Source of the DNA: Candidatus Saccharimonadota bacterium | Lineage (GTDB): Archaea > Nanobdellota > Nanobdellia > Pacearchaeales > GW2011-AR1 | Assembly: GCA_026002795.1 (NCBI GenBank) | Contig: BPGA01000001.1 | Location: 480,001-512,000 of the forward strand | Length of the DNA: 32,000 bases | Direction: 5' to 3' | Shown: positions 10,101-17,955 of the stretch, piece after piece | How the letters are laid out: every line of letters starts with the position of its first letter | Numbering within the stretch: position 1 is the stretch's first letter | The notes under the pieces: generated by a model | Databases searched by the model: none | What the model was told of the DNA's origin: nothing | Seen by the model: the letters and a program-made list of their open reading frames with translations, nothing else | Translations under genes and position numbers: made by a program

Positions 10101-10669
10101 AAGACAGCCCATTCTGGTCTAAAGTGTTTAGCATCTATACCAATTTTTAATAATTCTTCATTTGGAATTTTTACAAGAATTTCTCTTATTTCTGTAGGAT
10201 AAATTCTTGTTTTTCCTCTATAAAATGTTGTTGGTTTCTCAAGCCTTATTTTCTCTTGAAGAGCATTGCAATGAGCGCATCTTTTAGAATCTTTAGCTTT
10301 TTTGACTCTTTGTGTTGGAGTCAATTTTTCTAAATCTTGGTTAGTTATCATTAATTTTCCACAACTATGACAAAAACTTCTTAGACAAAGTTCAATAATT
10401 GGAACATAATTTATATGTATGACAGGTCTTGCTAAATCAATGCTTCCTGGATGGCCTAAACACTCTTTTAATCTTCCACCACAAGTCCTACATCTAACGC
10501 CAGGATCTATTGCACCCAATCTTAAATCCATTAATCCACCATCAACAGGATAACCATCAATATCATAAAGTTCTGGAGTTACAATTTTTGCTACTGAAAT
10601 ATTTTTTATTTTTTCAGGACTTAGCAATTCAAAACTTATTCCACCTATTTTCTTTTTTATGATTTTCAT
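7184..10669 (-). CDS. rpoA: DNA-directed RNA polymerase subunit A, unsplit (A' and A'' regions in one ORF)
   Basis: 1161 aa. A' hallmarks: N-terminal Zn motifs, the catalytic [10 protein letters not shown], and the bridge helix [22 protein letters not shown]. These run without a stop into A'' hallmarks: the trigger-loop region [29 protein letters not shown] and [13 protein letters not shown]. Confidence 0.95.
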   Translation of the reverse strand: [1161 protein letters not shown]

Positions 10670-10670
10670 C

Positions 10671-10964
10671 TTAAGATTTTTGCTCTAAAACCATTTTATT
10701 AAAAATTTCTTTTATTATGTGATTAGCTTTTGTTGTCCATTCTACTGTTCTTTTTTCTTTGTCAAATTTTACCGCTGCTTCTCCAAGCTCATCAAAAAAA
10801 ACATGAGAGATTTTAAGATCATCATTAAAAGTTCTATAACTAACTCTTGGGTCTGTGTCTATTGCAATATAAACTAAATCATACTCTTGAAAGTCTTTTG
10901 CAGAATATCTAAAATCATACAATAGACTGTTTTCTGTTCTTTCTGTTTTTCTTTTTATTCTCAT
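10671..10964 (-). CDS. hypothetical 97-aa protein embedded in the RNAP operon
   Basis: ATG start at 10964, 4 nt after the rpoB stop. TAA stop at 10673-10671, 1 nt before the rpoA ATG. Same strand as both neighbours. No recognisable motifs and no Cys. Confidence 0.6.
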   Translation of the reverse strand: MRIKRKTERTENSLLYDFRYSAKDFQEYDLVYIAIDTDPRVSYRTFNDDLKISHVFFDELGEAAVKFDKEKRTVEWTTKANHIIKEIFNKMVLEQKS

Positions 10965-10968
10965 TTTT

Positions 10969-13900
10969 TTATTCGTATTTGTTTTTTAATTCTAGCCTAG
11001 TTAAAATATGTAAACCCTGCAATTCTTCAACAAGCAATTTGAAAGCATAAGAAACTTCTATAATTTCTACATCTTCGCTGTTACAAAGAGGACAAATTTT
11101 TCTATTTCTTATACTATCTTCTATAGCTATTGCTCCACATTTCGTACAAACAGGAAGAATAACTTTATCAGAATCATATCTTTCTTTTAAAAGTAAAGAG
11201 GCTCCATGTGCAACTAATGCTTGCTGTTCCATTTCTCCAAGCCTCAATGCACCACCGCGAGCACGACCTTCAACAGGCTGTCTTGTTAACAAAGTTATTT
11301 TTCCAGAAGCTCTTCCATGGATTTTGTTTCCAACCATGTATTTTAATTTCAAATAATAAATATTACCAATGTAAATTTTAGCTTCAATTCTTTTTCCAGT
11401 TATGCCAGAATACATTGTTTCTTTTCCATCATATCTAAAACCAAGCTCTTCAAGCTGTTTTTCAAGATCTTCTTTTGTTTCTCCTGAAAAAGAAGTTCCA
11501 TCCATTATTTCACCCTTTAGGCAGCCAACTTTAGCAGCAAGAATTTCAAGAAGATAACCGACTGTTTTTCTGCTTGGTAATCCGTGTGGGTTAAAAATTA
11601 TATCTGGCTTTATTCCTCTTGAAGTAAATGGAATGTCGTCTTCATCAACAATAATTCCAACAACACCTTTTTGACCATGAGAAGTAGCAAATTTATCTCC
11701 TATTTCAGGAATTCTTAAATCTCTAATTTTAACTTGAACAACTTTGTTTCCTTCATCATCTTGTGTAATAAAAACAGATTCGACTGTTCCTCTTTCTCCT
11801 TGTTTTAAAGAAACGCTTGATTCTTTCTTTGACTTTATAGTTATTTCTCTAACTTCTGATAAAAATTTTGGAGGAGATACTTTACCTATTAAAACATCTT
11901 CTTCATTAACATCAATCTCTGGTTCTATAATTCCATCATCTTCTAAAAACCTATAACTTTTTTCGGTTCTATATCCTGAACTATCTTTTTCAGGTATTGT
12001 AATTTCATCTTTTAATCCGCCAGCATAATTCATTTCAACTGCTGTATATGGTTTGAAATAAAAACTTCTTCCCATACCTCTTTCAACACTTCCTCTATTT
12101 AAAACAAGAGCATCTTCCATATTGTAACCATCATAAGTCATTATAGCAACAACCAAATTCTGACCAGCTGGGTAAATTTTTAAAGTGTCATATACAAAAC
12201 TTCTAACTATCGGTTTTTGAGGGTATTGAAGTAATGAGACGTCTGTATCTAATCTTGCTAGATAATTTGCAGAATACAATCCGAGAGCTTGTTTTTGTGT
12301 TTTACTTCCCCTGTTTAATCTAGAACTTTGATCATGGTTTCCGTAAGGAACTAAAGAAGTTATTGCACCAAATAAATCTATATGGTCTATTTCTAAGTGT
12401 GTGTGTTCATGAGTAATATCCTCTTCATTTAAGGCAACTAAAGCTTCATCTTCTTCTGCAGCATCTAAATACTCTATAACTCCATTTTTTAGAAGATCAT
12501 ACCAACTTAATTCTCCTTGCTCAACTCTTATTAAAACTTCAGGAGTTAATTTTGATTTTCCATTTTCAACAACAATTAAAGGTCTTAAAACTCTTCCTGG
12601 TTCTGTAGATATAAAGACTGTTTGAGAAACCTCATTAAATCTCACACTTAATTGTTCTGAAAATTCTAGCTTTCTTCTTTTTTCAACTATTCTTTTTACA
12701 AAATCTTTAGGATTATTAACACAGCCTATAAATTTTCCATTGAAAAAAACGTCATTACTCCCAAAACCACTCCTATTTAAACCTTCTTTTTCTAATACAC
12801 TTAAAAATTTATCTTCATCCATATAAACTCTTGACGAAACTCTTGCTAAAATAGCAAGATTTTTTCTTAATCCAATTTCTGTCCCCTCAGGAGTTTCTAT
12901 AGGACAAAATCTTCCGTAATGTGTTGGATGTAATATTCTAGCTGGAAAATTCTCTTGTTCACTTGAAAGCATGCTTGTAACTCTCTGAAGTTGTGATATT
13001 ACTGCAAAATAATTTGTTTTATCCATATTCTGAGTAATTCCAGATCTTTCTCCAGTCCAGCTTCCGGTTGCTATTGCAGATTCAATTCTATGAGAAAATA
13101 AAGTAGATTTTGCAATAACTTTCAAAGAAAAAAACTTTTTCCTTTTCGAGGCCTTTTGAATTGAGTATTGAATGTCACGAATTAAAATTCCTAAATTAAC
13201 TCTAAATAAACTAGCCAGCAAATCACCAGAAAGTCTAACTCTTTTGTTCATGTAATGATCTTTATCTGTTCTTAATAAAGGATTTTCTTTGTAAGATAAA
13301 AATTGCTTTATAAATTTACATAAAGTTATGGCTTTATCAATTCTTGAATCTTTATCTTGTCCAATATGTGGCAACAAATAATAATCAATTCTTTGCTTAA
13401 CTCTATCTAAAACCTCTTTTTTAGTCCCTTGTAGGCCTGATTTTTCAGCAATATAAAGCATAGCATCTTCTTTTGTTCCTAAGTTTGCAAATTCATAAAG
13501 ATTTACAATGATAGAATCTGTTTCTTTTCCAATATAATTTTGGATTTCAGATTCTTTAACAATACCTAGAGCTTTTAAAACAACAATTGCAGGAATTTCT
13601 TTAAATTTACTGAAAGACAAAGTAATGATACCTTCTTTGCTTTCTGAAATTGTTATTGGAATTCTATAAGTTCCTTTTGCTGAAAAAAGCCTTAAAAGTA
13701 GATTTCCTTTTGCATTTGTTTCAAAAAAAGGCTGGTTTTCTGCGAGATCTTCAGCCATAACCATTATTCTTTCATTGCCTTTAATTATGAAATAACCGCC
13801 AGGATCTAGAGGGTCATGATATGTCTTTATTAGTTCTTCTTTAGACATAGAATAAAGGTTACATGCTTTACTTTTAACCATTATTGGAATTCTTCCAATT

Positions 13901-14223
13901 TCTACAACTTCTGAATCAATTTGATCGTCTTTTTTTATTGTTATTTCTAATGTTACAGGAGCAGAATAAGTTAAATTCCTCATTTTTGCTTCCCAAGGAG
14001 TTAAAAGACTTGTACTTCCATCTGCTTCAATAATGTTTGGTTTGCCGACATTTATTTTGCCTAAGATTATCTCAACATCTGTTTTAGGCAAGGAATCAGA
14101 AACTTCTTGAACAATTTCTTGCATTCTTTTTTCAATAAAATTATTAAAAGAAATTATGTTAGATTCAACTAAAGAGTGCTCATTAAGATATTTTTTTACT
14201 AAAGTGTGTTTTTTATCTTTCAT
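10969..14223 (-). CDS. rpoB: DNA-directed RNA polymerase subunit B (unsplit)
   Basis: 1084 aa with full-length Rpo2/RpoB resemblance (…GRFCPIETPEG…, …HGQKGV…, C-terminal Zn motif CTKCG…CPLC). Confidence 0.97.
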   Translation of the reverse strand: MKDKKHTLVKKYLNEHSLVESNIISFNNFIEKRMQEIVQEVSDSLPKTDVEIILGKINVGKPNIIEADGSTSLLTPWEAKMRNLTYSAPVTLEITIKKDDQIDSEVVEIGRIPIMVKSKACNLYSMSKEELIKTYHDPLDPGGYFIIKGNERIMVMAEDLAENQPFFETNAKGNLLLRLFSAKGTYRIPITISESKEGIITLSFSKFKEIPAIVVLKALGIVKESEIQNYIGKETDSIIVNLYEFANLGTKEDAMLYIAEKSGLQGTKKEVLDRVKQRIDYYLLPHIGQDKDSRIDKAITLCKFIKQFLSYKENPLLRTDKDHYMNKRVRLSGDLLASLFRVNLGILIRDIQYSIQKASKRKKFFSLKVIAKSTLFSHRIESAIATGSWTGERSGITQNMDKTNYFAVISQLQRVTSMLSSEQENFPARILHPTHYGRFCPIETPEGTEIGLRKNLAILARVSSRVYMDEDKFLSVLEKEGLNRSGFGSNDVFFNGKFIGCVNNPKDFVKRIVEKRRKLEFSEQLSVRFNEVSQTVFISTEPGRVLRPLIVVENGKSKLTPEVLIRVEQGELSWYDLLKNGVIEYLDAAEEDEALVALNEEDITHEHTHLEIDHIDLFGAITSLVPYGNHDQSSRLNRGSKTQKQALGLYSANYLARLDTDVSLLQYPQKPIVRSFVYDTLKIYPAGQNLVVAIMTYDGYNMEDALVLNRGSVERGMGRSFYFKPYTAVEMNYAGGLKDEITIPEKDSSGYRTEKSYRFLEDDGIIEPEIDVNEEDVLIGKVSPPKFLSEVREITIKSKKESSVSLKQGERGTVESVFITQDDEGNKVVQVKIRDLRIPEIGDKFATSHGQKGVVGIIVDEDDIPFTSRGIKPDIIFNPHGLPSRKTVGYLLEILAAKVGCLKGEIMDGTSFSGETKEDLEKQLEELGFRYDGKETMYSGITGKRIEAKIYIGNIYYLKLKYMVGNKIHGRASGKITLLTRQPVEGRARGGALRLGEMEQQALVAHGASLLLKERYDSDKVILPVCTKCGAIAIEDSIRNRKICPLCNSEDVEIIEVSYAFKLLVEELQGLHILTRLELKNKYE

Positions 14224-14245
14224 TTTTTTATCTTAAGTTTTTTGT

Positions 14246-14458
14246 TTAAACAACAACCCTATAATAAAAATTGACTTCTCCAGTTTCTTCGTCTTTTCTT
14301 TCTATTTTTATTATATCTCCGACATTACACCCTTCTGGAAGGCCGGGGTCACCTAAAAGGATTTTAGGGAGCTGAGATTTTGAAATGTTGTATTTTTTGA
14401 GAATTTCTTCTGACTCTTTTTGACTTAACTTTATGTGTTTATTTTTTAGAACGTGCAT
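14246..14458 (-). CDS. rpoH: DNA-directed RNA polymerase subunit H (Rpo5)
   Basis: 70 aa. Rpb5 C-terminal-domain pattern: H.LVPKH-like HIKLSQKESEEILKKYNISKSQLPKILLGDP…GDIIKIER…YYRVV. First gene of the rpo cluster. Confidence 0.9.
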   Translation of the reverse strand: MHVLKNKHIKLSQKESEEILKKYNISKSQLPKILLGDPGLPEGCNVGDIIKIERKDEETGEVNFYYRVVV

Positions 14459-14705
14459 ATTTACCGACGGGATTTTTATGGAGGGTTTTAATATTCCTTG
14501 ATAACATACAAAATACCAAAAACCTATTTTTAAATCTTTCTATATGGCTCTCGTATGGTTCTTTGAAGAGTTAATCATATGTCTTTTACTTTTTAAATTG
14601 TTTGCTTTTCTAAAATTTTAAAGAAAAAATTGCTGACAAACTCCATCAAAATTAATCTATTTTTTTATAATTATATTTATAAATTTAACAAAAAAATAGA
14701 GTTAT

Positions 14706-15155
14706 ATGTTAAAAATATTTCTAACACTAGCACAAATTGCTCTTCCCAGAGAGTTTAGAGAGCAGCCTGTTGATTCAGTAAAAAAATATTATGCAGAAGA
14801 AATAGCTTCAAAAACAATTGAACACGGAATAAAAAAATTTGATTTATATGATGGTTCAGAAGGTTCTTATAGAGTTTGTTGGATAATGCCTTTATATAAA
14901 GAAGAAAAGAAAAGTTTGGAAGCACGAGTCTGTAAAGCTCAATTTTTTTCACCAAGAAAACATGAGATTTGGGCACTTCTTTTTTTAATTAATGATGGAA
15001 GTTCAATAACATCAATTTATGATTTTAATATTAGAGGCATTGGAGCAAGCTGTAACTTTCAAAGAGATAGCCAATCAATGTTTTTTACAGAAAATTGCAA
15101 TGAACTTTATAATGAAATATTAAAAAAAGTTTATAATTATCTAAAAAAAGAATGA
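14706..15155 (+). CDS. hypothetical protein (149 aa)
   Basis: ATG-initiated ORF, divergent from rpoH. No family recognised. Confidence 0.45.
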   Translation: MLKIFLTLAQIALPREFREQPVDSVKKYYAEEIASKTIEHGIKKFDLYDGSEGSYRVCWIMPLYKEEKKSLEARVCKAQFFSPRKHEIWALLFLINDGSSITSIYDFNIRGIGASCNFQRDSQSMFFTENCNELYNEILKKVYNYLKKE

Positions 15156-15196
15156 GTTAATTAGTTAATTTTTTAAAATTTTCTTGTTAGTAATTT

Positions 15197-15454
15197 TTAG
15201 TATCTTCTTAAATTATCTATTAAAAGACCAATTAATCCAAAAATAGCACCCATAATTAAACCATAAATATTATCTATAAAAATATTTTTTAATATTTGTA
15301 AAAAGTAATCAGCAAAGAATGAAACAGGATCATTTCTTAGACCCCCTAGATCTATTTTCTTGCCAACCTCTATATTTACAAAAGCAAGAGATCCAATAAA
15401 AAAACCTACAAAAGCAAGTAAAATTGTAAATGTGAAATTAAGTTCTCCTTTCAT
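15197..15454 (-). CDS. hypothetical small membrane protein (85 aa, about 2 TM helices)
   Basis: Two hydrophobic segments (FTILLAFVGFFIGSLAFV; IYGLIMGAIFGLIGLLI). ATG start 9 nt from the tRNA-Lys 3' end. Confidence 0.4.
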   Translation of the reverse strand: MKGELNFTFTILLAFVGFFIGSLAFVNIEVGKKIDLGGLRNDPVSFFADYFLQILKNIFIDNIYGLIMGAIFGLIGLLIDNLRRY

Positions 15455-15462
15455 TTTTAAAA

Positions 15463-15536
15463 TGGCCCCGGAGGGATTTGAACCCTCGACACCCGGATTA
15501 AAAGTCCGGTGCTCTACCAGGCTGAGCTACGGAGCC
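15463..15536 (-). tRNA. tRNA-Lys (anticodon UUU)
   Basis: The reverse complement folds by hand into a cloverleaf: GGCTCCG TA GCTC AGCCTGGTA GAGC A CCGGA CTTTTAA TCCGG GTGTC GAGGG TTCAAAT CCCTC CGGGGCC A. 74 nt, no intron, no encoded CCA. Confidence 0.93.
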
Positions 15537-15629
15537 TACTAAATCTTTAATTTATTTTATAAAAAAACAATGAAATAGTTTATAAATTTTTATAATTAAT
15601 TTTATTAATTATAACTCTTTTAGCTAATA

Positions 15630-16724
15630 ATGAATAATTTTTTTAAAAAAATAAAAAAGAAAAATTTTTTTAAAGGAATATCGATTGTTTTTTTCTTTTT
15701 TGTAATTCTTTTAAACTTTGTTAATTCTGATGTAATCTCAATTAATGCTGGCGGCTCTAATGAGTTTATTATTACTTCAGATAGATTTATTGAAGGTTTC
15801 TTTTTTGGAGGAATTTGCGGAGATGGTATTTTAGACACATCATTAGGAGAGCAGTGTGATGACGGGAATACAGTTTCTGGCGACGGTTGTTCTAGTATCT
15901 GTCAAATTGAAATACCACCAGAAGAACAACCACCATCAGCTCCTCCTGGAGGAGAGGCTGTTCCTACAGCAAATATAGCTGTTTCTCCAACAGAATTTAA
16001 TATCAGAATGCTTGTAAATACAACAACAGAAAGAATAATAAAAGTTACGAATTTAGGTGAGACTTCAATAACTATTTTTGTAAGTCAACAAAGCCTAGAT
16101 AATAGGATTATTTTCCCACAAACAAATTTAACTTTATTGCCTGGTGAAACAAAAGATTTAAGAGTTATTTTTGTTGCATTAAGCGAGCCAGGAATTTTTA
16201 CAGGAACAATTAATGTTGGTGGAAAACAGATACTTGTCTCATTAAATGTTAGAGAAGGTTTTTTATTGTTTGACACAAACATAGTTGTTTTAAATGAGAA
16301 TTTCACAGTTATTCAAGGAGAAGAGCTTCGAACACTTGTTACTTTAATTCCATTAGGCGATAGACAAAAAGTTGATGTAACTTTATATTTTGTAATTAAA
16401 GATTATTCAAACAAAATTTTCTTGACTAAATCAGAAACCTTATTGGTAGAGCAACAAGTTCAATTAAGGAGGAATTTTGACACTGGTTTGCTTCCTCCTG
16501 GAGATTACATAGTCGGTTTGGAACTTAGATATCCAAACGGCATTGCTCCTTCTAGTGCCCACTTTAGAGTCATAGAAAAACCAAAGGTTTCTATAATAGG
16601 AAAAATAATGCTTTTCTTGATTATAATGATAATAATTTTGATAATTATTATTATAATTATAATATTAATAAGGAGAAGGAAAGAAAAGGAAGAAGTAGAA
16701 GAGACAATAAACTATCAAACATAA
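15630..16724 (+). CDS. surface-anchored protein: signal peptide, Cys-rich repeat, Pro-rich linker, two beta-rich domains, C-terminal TM anchor
   Basis: N-terminal signal/anchor ISIVFFFFVILLNFVNS. CGDGILDTSLGEQCDDGNTVSGDGCSSICQIE matches the CGNG..E.GE.CDDGN...GDGCS..C type cysteine-rich repeat (DUF4215-like). Linker PPEEQPPSAPPGG. C-terminal poly-Ile TM helix followed by RRRKEKEE. Confidence 0.8.
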   Translation: MNNFFKKIKKKNFFKGISIVFFFFVILLNFVNSDVISINAGGSNEFIITSDRFIEGFFFGGICGDGILDTSLGEQCDDGNTVSGDGCSSICQIEIPPEEQPPSAPPGGEAVPTANIAVSPTEFNIRMLVNTTTERIIKVTNLGETSITIFVSQQSLDNRIIFPQTNLTLLPGETKDLRVIFVALSEPGIFTGTINVGGKQILVSLNVREGFLLFDTNIVVLNENFTVIQGEELRTLVTLIPLGDRQKVDVTLYFVIKDYSNKIFLTKSETLLVEQQVQLRRNFDTGLLPPGDYIVGLELRYPNGIAPSSAHFRVIEKPKVSIIGKIMLFLIIMIIILIIIIIIIILIRRRKEKEEVEETINYQT

Positions 16725-16753
16725 ATTTATAAAAATAATTCTTTTATTTTTTT

Positions 16754-17941
16754 ATGCTTATTGGTTTAGTTGGCAAGCCCTCTGCAGGAAAATCTACATT
16801 TTTTAAAGCAGCGACTTTGGTAGATGTTGCAATTGCAAGTTATCCATTTACAACAATAAAACCAAATCACGGAATTGGTTATGTAAAAGTCGAATGTATT
16901 GAAAATGAATTTAATGTTAAATGTCAACCAAGACATGGTTTTTGTATTAATGGGAAAAGATTTGTCCCTATAGAAATTATTGATGTTGCTGGTTTAGTTC
17001 CTGGTGCAAGCGAAGGAAAAGGTTTAGGAAACCAGTTTCTTGATGATTTAAGGCAGGCAGATGTTTTTATTCATATTGTAGATTGTTCTGGAACTACAGA
17101 TTCAGAAGGCAAAATAACTAAAATGGCTTCTCATGATCCTATAAAAGATATAGAATTTTTAGAAGAAGAGTTAGATAAATGGTATTATGGAATACTTATT
17201 AAAGCATGGAAAAGTTTTTGCAAAAAAATAGAATCAAATAAAGATTTAAAATTTTCAGAAGAAGTTTCTAAACAGTTTTCTGGACTTAAAGTAAGTGAAG
17301 AAGACGTTAAAAAAACTCTTTTTAAACTAAATCTTTCAGATAAACCTAGTAACTGGAGTCAAGAAGAACTTTTTAATTTCGCCTCGTCTCTTAGAAAAGA
17401 ATCAAAAAAAACAATAATTGCTGCAAACAAAATTGATTTAGAAAAAAGCAAAGAAAATTACGAAAGAATAAAAAAAAGGTTTCCAGATATGAAAATTGTC
17501 CCATGTTCTTCTGAATACGAATTAATTTTAAGGGAAGCTTCTAAGAATGGTTTTATAGATTATATTCCCGGCGAAAAAGAATTTGTTATTTTAAAAGATT
17601 TAAATGATAAACAGAAAGAGATTTTAAATGAAATTAAGAACTTTTTAGAAACTTATGGGAGTACAGGAATTCAAGAAATTTTGAATATAGCTGTTTTTGA
17701 TTTATTAGGATATATAGCTGTATTTCCAGCTGGTTCTACAAAGCTTAAAGATAGTGAAGGAAGAATTCTTCCAGATTGTTTTTTAATTAATAAAGGTTCA
17801 ACTGCTTTAGATTTTGCTTTTTTAATACATACAGATTTAGGAAAAAATTTTGTTAAAGCAATAGATGTTAGAACAAAAAAAATATTAGGTAAAGATTATG
17901 AATTAAAAAATAGAGATGCTATAGAAATTATAACAAGATAA
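16754..17941 (+). CDS. Obg-family GTPase, YchF/Ygr210-like, with C-terminal TGS domain
   Basis: 395 aa. P-loop GKPSAGKST, switch region YPFTTIKPN, DVAGLV, NKID, and a TGS-like C-terminus (…FLINKGSTALDFAFLIHTDLGKNFVKAID…). Confidence 0.85.
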   Translation: MLIGLVGKPSAGKSTFFKAATLVDVAIASYPFTTIKPNHGIGYVKVECIENEFNVKCQPRHGFCINGKRFVPIEIIDVAGLVPGASEGKGLGNQFLDDLRQADVFIHIVDCSGTTDSEGKITKMASHDPIKDIEFLEEELDKWYYGILIKAWKSFCKKIESNKDLKFSEEVSKQFSGLKVSEEDVKKTLFKLNLSDKPSNWSQEELFNFASSLRKESKKTIIAANKIDLEKSKENYERIKKRFPDMKIVPCSSEYELILREASKNGFIDYIPGEKEFVILKDLNDKQKEILNEIKNFLETYGSTGIQEILNIAVFDLLGYIAVFPAGSTKLKDSEGRILPDCFLINKGSTALDFAFLIHTDLGKNFVKAIDVRTKKILGKDYELKNRDAIEIITR

Positions 17942-17955
17942 AACTTTAAAAAGAA

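Noticed and set aside
14544-14621. 25-aa hydrophobic mini-ORF (MALVWFFEELIICLLLFKLFAFLKF) in the rpoH/orf149 divergent intergenic region.
   Set aside because: It has no SD and no recognisable family. Such short hydrophobic frames are expected in T-rich DNA, and I cannot support it.
15360-15542. 60-aa plus-strand ORF spanning the tRNA-Lys locus.
   Set aside because: It reads through the antisense of the 85-aa membrane ORF and of tRNA-Lys. It is explained entirely by those features.
15620-15838. 72-aa minus-strand ORF overlapping the start of the surface-protein gene.
   Set aside because: It is antisense to the signal-peptide region of a much longer, domain-containing ORF. Its sequence is low-complexity and K/I/F-rich.
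16621-16670. ATT/ATA-rich run that looks like a tandem trinucleotide repeat.
   Set aside because: It is in frame within the surface-protein gene. It encodes the poly-Ile/Leu C-terminal transmembrane anchor and is not a non-coding microsatellite.
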